The position numbers were made by a program, and so were the translations under genes. The notes under the pieces were generated by a model, which had not been told where the DNA came from, ran no database searches, and saw only the letters and a list, made by a program, of their open reading frames with translations. A stretch of 64,000 bases of DNA, taken from assembly GCF_009914755.1 (NCBI RefSeq), contig NC_060942.1, one strand, 5' to 3'. The DNA comes from the human T2T-CHM13v2.0 reference genome, Homo sapiens. Shown one piece after another: positions 13,466 through 27,600 of this stretch. The stretch's first letter is position 1. Each line of letters opens with the position of its first letter.

Positions 13466-14030
13466 CTGATGGGACCTGCAGTGGGAGGATTGGCTGAGGA
13501 CTTATTTTGGTTGAAGTTAGACATATTTCATTGTCTTTTTTTTTTTCCTTTTATCTGTGTACTTCTTTGCATACTTGAATTCATTTGTGTGATGTAAATC
13601 ATCACACAAATGTAGGCTAGTCTAGTGATTTTCTGGAAGGAACTGTTATTTTAAAAATTGAGTACTCAGTTTTATAAAATTGTCATCATCAATGAGTTAA
13701 AAAAAAAAAAACCCTTAATGATTCAGGGTTTATTTAAAGCTGACTGTCCAATCAAAGTTTTTGTAAGCATGCCATGTGACAAATGCCTGGCATATTCAGT
13801 AAGGAACATATTAATTATTCTAATTAACACATGACTTCAGAGAAGTCTTTCGTTAATCAGCACATGGATCTTGGTTATTTGTACCCTTTTGGGAAAATTT
13901 CACACTCAGATGCAAAAATACCAGGCTAAATACATTGCTTTGTTTGTATGTGGAGAGGATATTCATCACAATGGTACTATACATCTAAGAAAACAGAAAG
14001 TAATTAAAATGCTGATTACTATAGCCAGTC
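13466..14030 (+). other. ZNF407: Putative 3' UTR of the alternative terminal exon (end approximate)
   Basis: Follows the stop codon. An ATTAAA at 14003-14008 is followed by T/GT-rich sequence (~14040-14065). Confidence 0.5.
14003..14008 (+). terminator. Candidate polyadenylation signal ATTAAA
   Basis: Variant PAS hexamer about 540 nt after the alternative stop codon, with a U-rich downstream element. Confidence 0.45.
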
Positions 14031-15829
14031 TCTAAAACGTCTGATTATTTGTATTTCATATGTGCTCACATTTCTGAGAAGTTAGCTTTTGTACCACAAC
14101 CTACCATGATTATCTGATATTCTCCGGAAGGTTAGCCGAGTTGTTTCCTATATTACTTAGGAAAAAATTTCTTTTCACAATTGAAAATGTCAGCATCAAT
14201 TTAAAGTAACACTAAGCATGTGCTTGCTTTCTGAATATTATCCTCCTCCACCTCCTTCCAACCACCCTGCCGAGGATCTGGCTGTGACAGTTTGATTAGA
14301 TCATCAATCCTCACTGTTAACAGCACTTTTCCTGAACACCTGGGCTGCCAGGTCACATCTGAATTCAGCTACCGTTGTTTCAGTGACCCGACGTGCATTC
14401 ACCATAGCAATTGACATTATGTGCACAAATTAAAAGTTACCTTATAACAACAGTTTACTTTAAAAAATGACCTCTTCTTTCCCCCCATGTTGAAGTTCTG
14501 CTGTGTTATAGGAGGTGCATTTTTGTATGATGAAAGACTATTTTAGAACATAGTCACACACCTTGATGAAGGTGTTTCCTTTTTCTTTTTACTTGGGCTT
14601 TCATTTCAGAACTTCTATAATGAAAATAATCGTCTTTCATCTTACTCTTCTGCTATTTAAAAATCTTTGATTGCATTTTTAAGATTTGATTACATTTTGG
14701 ATTTAAGCCTAAGTAAATAATTGAATTTCTCATATATTGCGGAAAATCTTTCTGCTTTCTGCTCCTAAATTCTCCAGTTGAACTGTCACAATAGTCTGAT
14801 TTACACTTTTCTATTTATAGTTGTAGTGATAAAGATAAATACCTACTTACATTTTCAATGCAAATTGTCTAGTAGCAGACTGCAACATAAGCATACTGTT
14901 AAATCTAGCATTATCTGATTTTTTGATTCCATAATTATCTTTTGTTTTCCCCACAACTTTTTATTTTTATAATGGGAAGAGTAAAAATATAAGAATGTTA
15001 TCAATACATTTATGATACTTTGGAGTAGAGACCTGACTTCTGTTAAACTGAACCAAAGTTTTCCTGTTGCTGTTTGATCATTGTTAGGTGGGAATGAACA
15101 CCATCTGTTAAAGGGTCTCCACCTGGTATAGGTAGAGACAAGAGTCAGTATAAATTATATCTGCAATTTTAACTGGAACTGATTATAATGTTTTGAAGTC
15201 ATTCATTGTTCATTGTTTTAAGACAGATTTGAGCATTGTGCAAGCAAATGAAGATGTTACGTTGTGTGAGAAAATTGAGATACTCCTACTTGACTTCTCG
15301 ACTCGTCCTCTTTCATTCTTTGTTTAATGGAAGAGCTTATGGATGTATATTCTACAGACTTTACTATTTCCAATACATTTTTTTCCTAGTGATGTAACTC
15401 TTTTTGTTAAAAATTTTCTTGAGTTTTTAAATGATTTATCCTTATACACTAGAACTTGGGAAAATATCTTAAAATAATACTAAACGAGTAAGATTATACT
15501 TTGTAGAACTCCAAGCCATCACGTGTGCACTTAGGTTTCCTGCCAAATCTGGAGCAGTGGCTGGATGGCGCAGGGCCTGCTGTGACTGCAGGCCCACACC
15601 TTGGCTAGGCCGCGCCCCTTACTTAGGATTACTTAGGTTTTCCTTAGTATGGCTAATGTTGATTGTCTTTATCTTATCTCAGAAAGTCTGTGGCAGTTGT
15701 AAACTCTCAAGCTTTTGACAGTGGCACAGTGTGATATGTTGGGAAGTTGATTCACCTGTCAACCTGGTTGTAATTCACCAATCTCTGCTTTAGCCTATGC
15801 CAATGGGGGGTTGTAGGAGGAAGGCGAGA

Positions 15830-16250
15830 GCCAGGGGTGAAGGACCTGAGTTCCACTTGGTCCCTAAGTAGCTTTATTTCCATGGACACAGCTTTTTGAC
15901 TCTCAGAGCCTTAGTTTCATTTTCTGGAAAGCAGATATGATAAGATGTGGACTGTTGTGAGGATCAAACAAGATGATAAATGAAAATACTGTAAGGGAAA
16001 TAAAATGACAACATGTCATAGTGGATAAAGCTCTAGCAGAGGATGATTAAGATCCAGTACCTGAGTTTAAATCCTGTCACCTCCATTTTATTAACTGATG
16101 CAATTTGTCCGAGTTACTTAACCTCTGAAACTCCGTTTATTCAACTAAAAATATAAGGAATAATACTCCCTTTAGAAAATTCTCATAAGGAGTAAATAGA
16201 GTGAGACTGAGTAAGTGTCCCAGCAGAGTGCTTGACATGTAGAAGCTGTT
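15830..16250 (+). mobile_element. Two adjacent MIR SINE remnants
   Basis: MIR core-like motifs: ctctcagagccttagtttcattttctg...ttgtgaggatcaaa and gagtttaaatcctgtcacctcc...ttacttaacctctgaaactccgtttattc. Confidence 0.7.
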
Positions 16251-16279
16251 CTAGGACTATGAGTCACCTTTACCTCACA

Positions 16280-16850
16280 CCTATGATTAATTTAGCAAAA
16301 ATTTTCTCAGGCATGGCATGGTTTTAGGTTCTAAGAATGGAGTGGTGAGCAAAATAAACACTTCTTACCCATAGAGCTTACATTGTTATGGCAGAACTGG
16401 AAAGTAAGTGAAGAAGCACATAAATAATTTCAGAAAGCAGTAGATGCCATGGAGATAATAACGGGAAGCAACAGGTGATTGTAGATAGATTGTTTACAGT
16501 AGGCACCTCTGAAGCCTTTTTAAGGCTTTTCGGGCAAATTAGCCTGCATTATTTGCAAGAAGTAATGCAAAGAGAGTCCCTGTATTCTGAGGCTGAGTAG
16601 GAACGTGAATGATGAGAAAGGCAGCATTAAAGAGTATTCTAGGTGGAGGGAACAGAAAGTACAGTGAAACTGAATTAGGAACTGAAAGTGTTGGGCTGCA
16701 TGTGCTGAAGGAGGGTCCTGTGGCTGTAACACACATACAGGCCAGCTTGTAAAGAGACATGAGCAGGGTCCCGAGAGTCATGGAGGTAGTCTTCGTTGTG
16801 CATGGATATTCATGGGAAGGTTTTCACAGGGCAAGCAAGACTTTGAACAG
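16280..16850 (-). mobile_element. L2 LINE 3' fragment
   Basis: Antisense L2 3'-end pattern (attaatttagcaaaa...aggcatggcatggttttagg...catagagcttacattg). Confidence 0.6.
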
Positions 16851-17295
16851 TCACACTAGTTATGCTATAGTATGGTGCTCAAGTTCCCCTATGATAATAT
16901 TTCAAACTTCTGTATCCCCTGCCCCAGGTGTTGGCAACTGAGTATTTTCATCCTAAGTACAGAAGTTGGACAGGATATAATTTCAAGTGTAGAATAAAAA
17001 TTGACATAGTAAAGTAATATTTGTACCACTTTAAAATGTATCCAATAGAATTTTAACACCATGATGATTTGATTCCCACCGTCCATTCATTTAAAAGTAC
17101 ATGAATAAGTTCTTTAACTGTCAGAAAATTTGTTTTTCTTCTTGAACTCACATCCCTTATTTCCCCCACAGATTTTATTGTATTTGTATGTGGACATATT
17201 TTAATGATCATCTTATCATTTCTGGGTATCAGTACATACTCACGGACACATACATTGATGTAAGGTTTTTTTAATTGTTTTATTTTTAAAAAATA

Positions 17296-17411
17296 AAAGA
17301 TGAGGTCTTACTATGTTTAGCCTAGGCTGGTCTTGATCTCCTGGGCTCAAGCGATCCCCCACCTCAGCTTCTCAAAGAGCTGGGATTACAGGAGTATGCC
17401 ACAGCACCTCA
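17296..17411 (-). mobile_element. Alu monomer (FLAM-like)
   Basis: aggctggtcttgatctcctgggctcaagcgatcccccacctcagc...gctgggattacagg. Confidence 0.85.
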
Positions 17412-17413
17412 CA

Positions 17414-17755
<342 letters not shown>

Positions 17756-19169
17756 TAAGTGTTAAAAATGTGTAGAAAGGATTATTGTAATTACTATTAA
17801 AACGATTGAAACAACAAAGTCTATAAAGAGTTTGATAATTATTAAGCATAAAATGTATAATGGTATTGGAATTGAATGACTTACTGAGACTTTAAAATTT
17901 TTAAATTTCAATTTTTGTGTCTATGGATGAAATTTATTGCTAGAATAAGGGAAAGTCTAATGGAAAATAATGGTAAATGTAAATGTTACTGAGATACTAT
18001 AATTGTGGGGCTTACAAATAGAGTTCTAATGATTATTAGCTATATTGCTTAAACAGTACATATGCTCACCTATTGTATATGTTGTTATGATAGGATCAAT
18101 TACATTTTTTTTTAAAGTTAATCTAATTCTAATGAGTACATGGTAAGAATGAATAAATAGAGAAGTGCTTGTGCTTGTTGAGTGTCATCACTTTGATAGA
18201 CATGGGCATTTAGTCAAAGGATAGTACCCAATAAAAAAGCTAATGGTAATGTTCCTCTTTGAAGAAAATAAAAATATTAAATTATATCAGAGACATGTTT
18301 CTTTTACTGATGTAATATTGGTCTGTGGGGAATAAATGTAGAATTTTTCACCTCCTCCTCCTCCAAATCATAAACAATGTGGAGCTAACACAGACCGAAC
18401 CGTGGGTAAATAAGAGTGCTCTTTTTCTTACCTCGCATAGTAAAACTGCAGATAGGGTATGATTTATAACAAGTTATTTCCCAGGATTCTTTTACGAAAA
18501 AAAACAGCAAAACGTCAGGTAATCCCACTCTTAGATCCGGCATGCATCTTCGCCATGCAATTTTATGCAAAAGTGAAATGAAATTCTGCTCTCTTTAATA
18601 TTTCTTTCCTCCTCTTCTTTTACACTGCTCTCATTTAGAAGTGATATCTTTGGTTGATAATTGTTCGGGATTCACAAGGCAAAAAATTGTTAAGCAAAAG
18701 TTATTGTCACTCTCAGTATCCCATTTGCAGTATACCTGAATTTAGAACATCTGAATTTGGGCCAAGTGCCCTATGCCTAATGTCATGCTTTCTCTTTATA
18801 GAAATATGTACAAACTAGGAAAGTGCATAGTGAAATCTCTAGGTTTCAGTTTATGGCTCCTTGATTTTAAGAAGGTTTTTCTTATAATGATGGTTTCTTT
18901 GGTGTCCCAGTGGTTTTTTCCACTTTGGAGCAAGGTAGATGATGGGCAAGAAGAATGCCTTTCTTCTGTTAAGTGAGGAAAAGGCAGTTGTGAGTTAAAT
19001 AGGTGGTTAAGAAGAACTGGCGTATGGTTATACTTCAAGAGCTTTCTTAGGCTTATCGATAATACAAAAGATTATTAATGGAGTCTAGATCAGGAATTGG
19101 TAATTTTAAACAGTTCTTGCTTATGTACCCTTTGCACATACATACAAAGTCTCCATGTACCATTAGAGT

Positions 19170-19680
19170 GTATGGAGGTCTAAGCTGGAAGGTCGTAGCA
19201 TGGAGAAGGAGTGAAAGGAATTAGTTCAAGTGAGAGATGACTGTAGTTAGCACCACAGTAATGGGAGTGGTCAGATTGGTGATAAATGTTGAAGGCAGAG
19301 CTGATGGCACTTGCTGAAGGATGGATTGTATGTGAGATGTAAATGAAAGAGGAATTATGTGGATGTGATGGTGCCTTTAACTGAGATGCAAAAGACTGTG
19401 AGAGGAACTCATTTTGAGCAGTCTTTGCTAATCAATAGATAGGTTTGAAGTAGTTTCAGACATTCAAGTGGCGATGCTGAACTGGAAGTTGTATGTGTAA
19501 TTGTAGAAGTGAAGGTAGAGGCCAGGTGTGAAGGTAGAGCCCTCCACTGGGATCAGAAGCACTGAAACTAGTGGGAAAGGGAGAGAGAGATGAGGACCAA
19601 CCTTTTGGAGCTCATTTAGTGGTCAAGAAGATGAAGTGGATGCTGCGGTGGACTGGAGAAGGCAAGTTGTTAAGGAAGGC
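19170..19680 (-). mobile_element. L2 LINE fragment
   Basis: Antisense L2 body motifs (caagtgagagatgac...gaaggcagagctgatgg...gatggtgcctttaactgagatg...cagacattcaagtggcgatg). Confidence 0.6.
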
Positions 19681-20075
19681 AGTTTGTGTGGCTATTTTAA
19701 ATCTGAGTGCCAAAAGTTTTAGATTTAAGCGTCAAAGGTGATGCACCTTTGCTTTTTTTTTTTTTAAATCAGTAATCTCACCACTTGATGTACTGAATGA
19801 TCATGTAGGATTCTGCTGTGAAATTCATGTGCATTTTAAAGCTGAGTGGCCTTATACAGTCATATCCTGTTCTTGGTCTTAAACTGTTAGAGAAAAGAAT
19901 AAATAATGTGATTTGATAAAATACTCTGTTTCCACTCAAGTAATTGGTCAGATCAGGCATGATAACACTTTTATTTATTCCTAGTGGTTTTCATTTTAAC
20001 TTTTTAAACTTCTGGTATTCTCTGTTCTCTAGTTTTGAGAGTCCTTTTGTTTGTTGCCTCATAGTTAGTTTTTAA

Positions 20076-21439
<1,364 letters not shown>

Positions 21440-21539
21440 AAATTTCATTGAACTTAATCTTTGCCTATTACTCTGTTAACTTTGTTTTAGGAAGCCTTTA
21501 TCCTTTTGCCATTGTCTTTGCATGAAGTAGCATGGCAGA

Positions 21540-21730
21540 CTCTGAGAGCTGTTTCAGAAAGCTCTGGATTTGTGTCTTCGCTTTTCCACTTAGGATTTGT
21601 GAGATGTCTGGCAGTAGCTTAGAATTTTTGTGTGTGAAAGGAAATAATATTTATTTGAGAAGGTTGTGAAATGTAAATGAGATACACATTTTATAATACA
21701 TAGCACACAAACTACTTAGCAAATTGCTTA
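21540..21730 (+). mobile_element. MIR remnant
   Basis: ctctggatttgtgtcttcgcttttccactta...gaaggttgtgaaatgtaaatgagata...atagcacac. Confidence 0.55.
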
Positions 21731-21879
21731 CAATGACTTCTTTACTCTGTTTCACATATACTACCTTCAATGTAATCCCCCTCTACACCCAGAGAAAACA
21801 GCCAGAATTTGGTTTTCCCATATTATTGTTTATTTTTTTCTAGATAACCTATAATTCCTTTGAAGGTAACATCTCTTTT

Positions 21880-22430
21880 TTCCACCACTTCTGCTTTTAT
21901 GATTTTGTCTTTGGTTTTCAACACATTGATTATAATGTGAAGTGAGAGTGAGAGAGAGAAAGTTGTGTGAGCGTGTGTGTGTGTGTTCGTTCTATGAGGT
22001 TTGATTAGCTTCTTGAATGTAGGGGTTGTTGTTTTTCTGCAGTTTTGAAACTTCCCCCATTGCCTCTCTCTGTACTACCTCTGCCTCACCCTGTTCTTCT
22101 GGGACATTTTCGACCTCTGTGTGGATCCCACGTGTCTCTCATGCTGTGATCTGTTCTCGTTGTTCCTTCTCCTTACTCTTTAGTTTTTATGATTTTTTTT
22201 AATGACTTTGTCTTAGAATTCAGTAATCCTGTCCTTTGATATGCCTTCTTTTAAGCCATCCAATGAATTCTTGATGAAAGATATTTTGTTATTTGGTTCT
22301 AAAATGCTCACCAGATTTTTTCATGTAGACTACAGTTTTTGTTGCGGTGCTCCATTTTTTCATCAATTTCTTGTCCCTCATTTCATCTCTTTGATGTGGT
22401 CATCATAGTTCTTTCAAGGTTTTTACTTAT
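21880..22430 (-). mobile_element. Old L1M fragment
   Basis: T-rich antisense L1M-like sequence (tctgcttttatgattttgtctttggttttcaac...gcttcttgaatgt...aagccatccaatgaattc). Confidence 0.45.
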
Positions 22431-23527
22431 TTTTACCCTGAATTGTTGGTTACACCTTGCCTGTCTACAGGCCCCGATGGTGTGATATGACAAGAAGGAT
22501 GGCCCTTTTCTCTGTTAGGCAGAAAAGGGAGGAGTGGTTGCCTTGTCCACAGCAGATTGTGCTGCGCTGGCTTGCAGTTTTAGTAAGACTTGGTCCCTGT
22601 GTGGTTTGTCCCTGTGGACATCCTGTGTTTTTGATTGAGCTTGGACAGGTGGGCATAGCTTCTCTCTCCTCAGCCCTCAGAGACTGCATGAGGGCTCCTT
22701 GTGTTCTGGGGAGATCTTGGGCTGAGTGCTTCAGGCTCACACTCTGCGCAGCTTCAGATCCATGGAGGTGAGGCACTGTCAGGTCCATTCGCTCAAACGG
22801 GAATTTGTCTTCATGATGCCGTGAGGCCACAGAACACTTCGCTCTGCGTCACCCCCTTCACCCCCACACCCACCACCTCATCAAAGCCAGTGTCGTGGGA
22901 AGACCTGCTTTGCCACTGGGGTTCCTCCAGTTTCTACTCTGTCCCATCAGCCCAGGGTGAGGGCCGGTATTTCTGCTCATTTTCTCTTACCCCACTGGAG
23001 CCCTTCATCTTAGGGAAGCCAGATGTGTGGCTGACCTGGAATCACCAAGTAACATGGGGGAGGAGGTGGCATCTGTTCATAGCTTAGCTCCAAGGGCCCC
23101 TTTGTCCGCCTCCTCCTCTAATTCGTCTTGTTCTGGTAGCTCCCACAGCTTACTCAGTATCTTGAAGGACGTGGTGGTTGTAATTAATGCCCCCTTTTTT
23201 GGTTGTTGCAGTAGCAGCTTTGGTTTGCAGGATCTATATATCCTATCAGGAAGTGGAAATTCCTAATTTTGTAGGGAACTGAGAAGTTGTAATTTACTAA
23301 TTAGTCTTTAAAATTGTATGGAAAAAATTCTTAGTAAGTGGAATAGTAGAAGGAAAGTGATGTAAGTGGATGTCCCATTATCTGCTTTCTGTGTTGGATG
23401 TGTGGTTCCTACCCTTCATGGCATAAGGGCATATTTCATTTCTAGTTATAACATTAAAATCATGTTTTAGTAGCATTGAGAAAAGTTCAGAGACCAAATA
23501 ATACTCCTTATTGGTTTTGTTTGTGAG

Positions 23528-23813
23528 TTTGTTTTTGTTTTTAAGATACAGGGTCTCCCTCTGTTGCCCAAGCCAGAGTATAGTGGTGCAGTGATAGCTC
23601 CCTGTAACCTCCACCTCCTGGGCTCAAAGTTCCTCCTTCTCAGCCTCCCAAGTAGCTGGGACTACAGGCGTGCACCACCACACCCAGCTAATGATTTTAC
23701 TTTTTGTAGACACAAAGTCTCACTATGTTGGTCCTGAATTCCTGGCCTCTAATGATCCTCCTGCCTCAGCCTCCCACAGTGCTGTAGTTACAGGCATTAG
23801 TCACCGCTCCCAG
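23528..23813 (-). mobile_element. AluJ
   Basis: Diverged dimeric Alu with AluJ-type ctcctgggctcaa...cctcctgcctcagcctccca. Confidence 0.9.
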
Positions 23814-24601
23814 CCACTACTCTTTATGTTCTCAATAAATGATTGGTATTAGTCTTAAATGATCCTAATGTATGTTTACTTGAGCTATTTTTAAAGGATT
23901 TATTTGAATATAAGTTTCCCAGTAAAGAAGGAAGAAATTCAGTTTGTTGAAGAACAATCAGTATGATTTTATCCTCTGTCAATTTCCAGTGCCCTGACTG
24001 CATTGTGGATAGTATATGAGAAACAGAAGAAGATAAACATATTTTTTTATCAGGAAGGGAGAGGATTAAAAAGTAATTTTTCCAAAATGATTGTCTTTTT
24101 ACAGATTTAAAAAAATGTATAATCTTACTGCGTAAAATTTTTTCTCATATAATTTGATGAAAAATTTGGTTTTATTCTTGTGTATTTGTTAGGCATTAAA
24201 ATAATATGAGTGGTCTCTATAGTACTTTCTTGGCTTTTTTCATTTACCCTTAATGAATTTGTTATGCTAAAGTAGAGATACATTATGAAATATACAGTAC
24301 ATTTTTAAAATTCAAAATATCATATTATATAATCTTTATTAATCAGACTTTTATTTCAAAATTTTGTTTACATTATAAAATTTTACAATGTAAAATTACA
24401 TTATAAAATTGTTATTATAAAGAAATAAAAGTTTATGACCAGAAGTATAACAATATAAATTAAACAAAATAAAATAAATGGATCATATTTTATCAGTAGA
24501 ATTTTTGGTAGGATTATAACCTACCAAACAAAGAAAATGGATTATAAAAATTAGGGTTATTAATTCTATATTTACAAATGTTTCTATGCTAGAATATGTG
24601 A

Positions 24602-24660
24602 TTTTATTTTATTTATTTATTTTTAGAGTTGGGTTCTCACTATGTTGCCCAGGCTGGACT
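24602..24660 (-). mobile_element. Short Alu/FLAM fragment
   Basis: (TTTA)n tail followed by gagttgggttctcactatgttgcccaggctgga. Confidence 0.8.
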
Positions 24661-27600
24661 ATGATCTTACTTTGAAAAGTTGGATATTATTATCTACATT
24701 TCCTTTGTTTTAAGAATTTCCCAACAGTGTCTTATGAAAATGTCACTGACGCATCTCTGCTACCCAAGTAGCACAGTGTCGGCCCTGGTCCTGGTCACTC
24801 AGGGGCAGTGGTGTGCACTTTTGTCTTGTTTGCTTTTGTCCCTGTCTTTATCATATTTCTTCCCCTAATCTCCAGGAGAAAATGAGTTTTGTTTTATTTT
24901 GGGGGCTTATCCCTCTGTTTATGTCATACACTAGCAATATGGGATATATTGTATTTTGAGGTTTAAAAATGTAACAAACTTTCTTTTCTCACAATACTAA
25001 TCAAAAAATTGTTGAATACCATTGATTTTCCATTATTATTGTTCTTTACAGAAAAGCTTCAGTAACTTGCCTGAGTTCAAAAATTAGCAGTTATTGGGAG
25101 CAAGATTCGAAGTAAATCAGTCTCTGTACAGAGGCTGTGTGACATAAACTGAATCCTGACTCCTTATTTCAGCACCTCCCTATGACATCACGATATGGCT
25201 ACTATTGTAGGTCCTTTCTACTTAATTGTATTGATAGGTTATTACTGCGAAAGTATACGCCTTTGATTATGTTGCTTTCTTGCTCCACAAACAAAACAAA
25301 GCAATAGTGTCCCATGCCTCCCAATAACGTTTTGAGGTTTTCTGTGTTGTTCCAATCTCTATGTAAAATGTATCTAAGTATGGACTGCGTTTACTTCTCC
25401 AGCACGATTCGTTTGGACTTGGGATATGAATATTATTATGCTCATGAGTGTCCAAATTCATGACTGAATGTACAGGATACTCTCGTATGAAGGGACAATC
25501 ATGAATTTGTTTGTGTTCTGCCACTTCTCTTTGGTTTATCCAACTAAAGAGAATTCCTTGCTGATGGGTAATTATCATATTATATTTCTGGTTACTTTGG
25601 CTGATGTTGACTTTGAGGTGAAAAATTAGATATTTCACCTTCTGATTCAACCCCTCTGGTTCATTTTCTGAAAGAGCTGAGTGGAATTTTCTTTCCAAAA
25701 TTAAGATTTCATTAATTAACAAGAGCTTTTATTTGTGGAAATAAAAATCAGAAAGACCTTTTGGGTCAGTTAGCGTCCTCTGTCAGATTTTCACTTGCCC
25801 TGTCTACTCTTTATTTGTAGTCCATTTTGTCATAAGAATTGGGTACTTCCCTTAGGAAAAATTCTGTTTCTATAAATGCATTTAAAAACCTTTCTGAATG
25901 TTTATGGCTCTTAATCTTGACCCATTTCTTACTTTGTTATGCCACAATATTATTGGCATTTTGTTTGGTGGCTTTGATTTATTTAAACCTAGAATTTGGC
26001 GTTTTATTTGTGTGTTTTAATAGAATAGTGATACAATTGGATATGACATTTGTCATTTAAATTGATATCCATAAAATTCAATACACAAAGTATTATTCTA
26101 ATAAGTACCTAATCTGTATAAATTGCTGAAAGTATTCACTTTTAACTTGCAAATATATTAATGATTTTGAGTTTTGATCAATATTTGCGTCAATAAAGAC
26201 ATGAACTTATTAAATTGGTGGTATAATTTATGTACTAGATAATAAATAAGGAATTATTTTCTATAGACCTTTATTCCATTGCATTTCTTTTCCTTTTGTC
26301 TGTTAAAATTGCTAAGGATCTCATTGATTCCCTCATATGTTTGTGCACAAAAAATTTATCTTTGAATAAAATCTTGTTGTTATTTTATGTTAATTATAAT
26401 TAGGGTTGATTTTTTATTGATCTGAAAGTTTAATATGTTCAGAAATTTCAGCAAATATCTTGAATGCAGACTCTAAGAGTTTCCATCTTAGCTGATACAA
26501 TGCCAGTTTAGTTGGTAGTGAGGCTCACAGCTCAAGTAGGGATATCATGCTGGTTTTATAGGAGAAACATGTTACAGGTAAAACATCTCATTGGTCATTT
26601 ACTCTTTTGCAGTTTGGATTTCTGATTCTTTCTGACCATGAATTGCAGGGAGTGAGTGTTGGTGCCTCTTCTATAGTCCTGTTGTTTTTCTTATTGTGTC
26701 TGAATGATGTCTGAATACAAAACATAATTACAATGTCTTTCTATCATAGTTCCTCTTGCTGAGATAAAGTTTATGTTGTTCATTTTATAAACAGCTCCCA
26801 CACATCCCCTTGTTTGCTTTGTGGTTGGCATTTTTCCCTGAAAATCACTTCTGCAATCTTCAGTCAATTTAGAAAAATATGTGTGATAATTTATATGTAA
26901 AAATAGGTAACTTTTATGATACTATTTTAGTTTATAAAATAAAAAATATTAAGGAAAATTGTGCATTTCTTTACCTCATAGCATTTAGTTATAAATTAGT
27001 CTCAAAATTACTATGACACTATTTAAGATATTTGTTTTTCAATAAATGAGTATCTATTTTTGCATTTATTAAGGCTTGTATATGTTCAAGATCCAGTGAA
27101 GACTGTCTTGGGCGTGTATAATTGATCTTAACCACAAGGCTGAGAAGTTATGTGCAGGGCTTATGATGCTACTTCCAAAGTATTAAATCCTCCAGAGAAG
27201 CCTGTAGTGTGGGATGCAAACTATTTTAAGTGTGACCATGAGGTGTTTTTTTGTGGACCATTTTAAAGCCAATGATAGGTTCTAAAGCAATCTCAACCTG
27301 AGTGAGGTAGAATGGGTTGGTTATCTGCACTCTAGCGGCCCTTCATAGCTATTGTATTCTGGATTTCAATTCGGCACTTTATGTATTAGCTAAAAATTTC
27401 ATGACCAGATCTTTTGAAGTATACAAAGTAAATCTTCAAGGTGATAGTTTATCCAAGTGTAAATGTGTTGCACTAGGTCAGCTTGGAATTTTGAGATGAC
27501 TTTTGGCATCATTGCATACATCTGGTTTGTGTACTGTGCTGTGCACGTTTGGTGAGTCCGCCTGTGCCCATGTCTCCCTTGTGTGTTAGTAGCAGGAGTC

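Noticed and set aside
13699-13711. A13 run as the transcript end of the alternative exon
   Set aside because: Genomic A-tract without a clear upstream PAS; more likely an oligo-dT internal-priming artefact site.
24355-24480. Repeated ttacattataaaatt motifs as a functional array
   Set aside because: AT-rich low-complexity slippage with no regular spacer structure.
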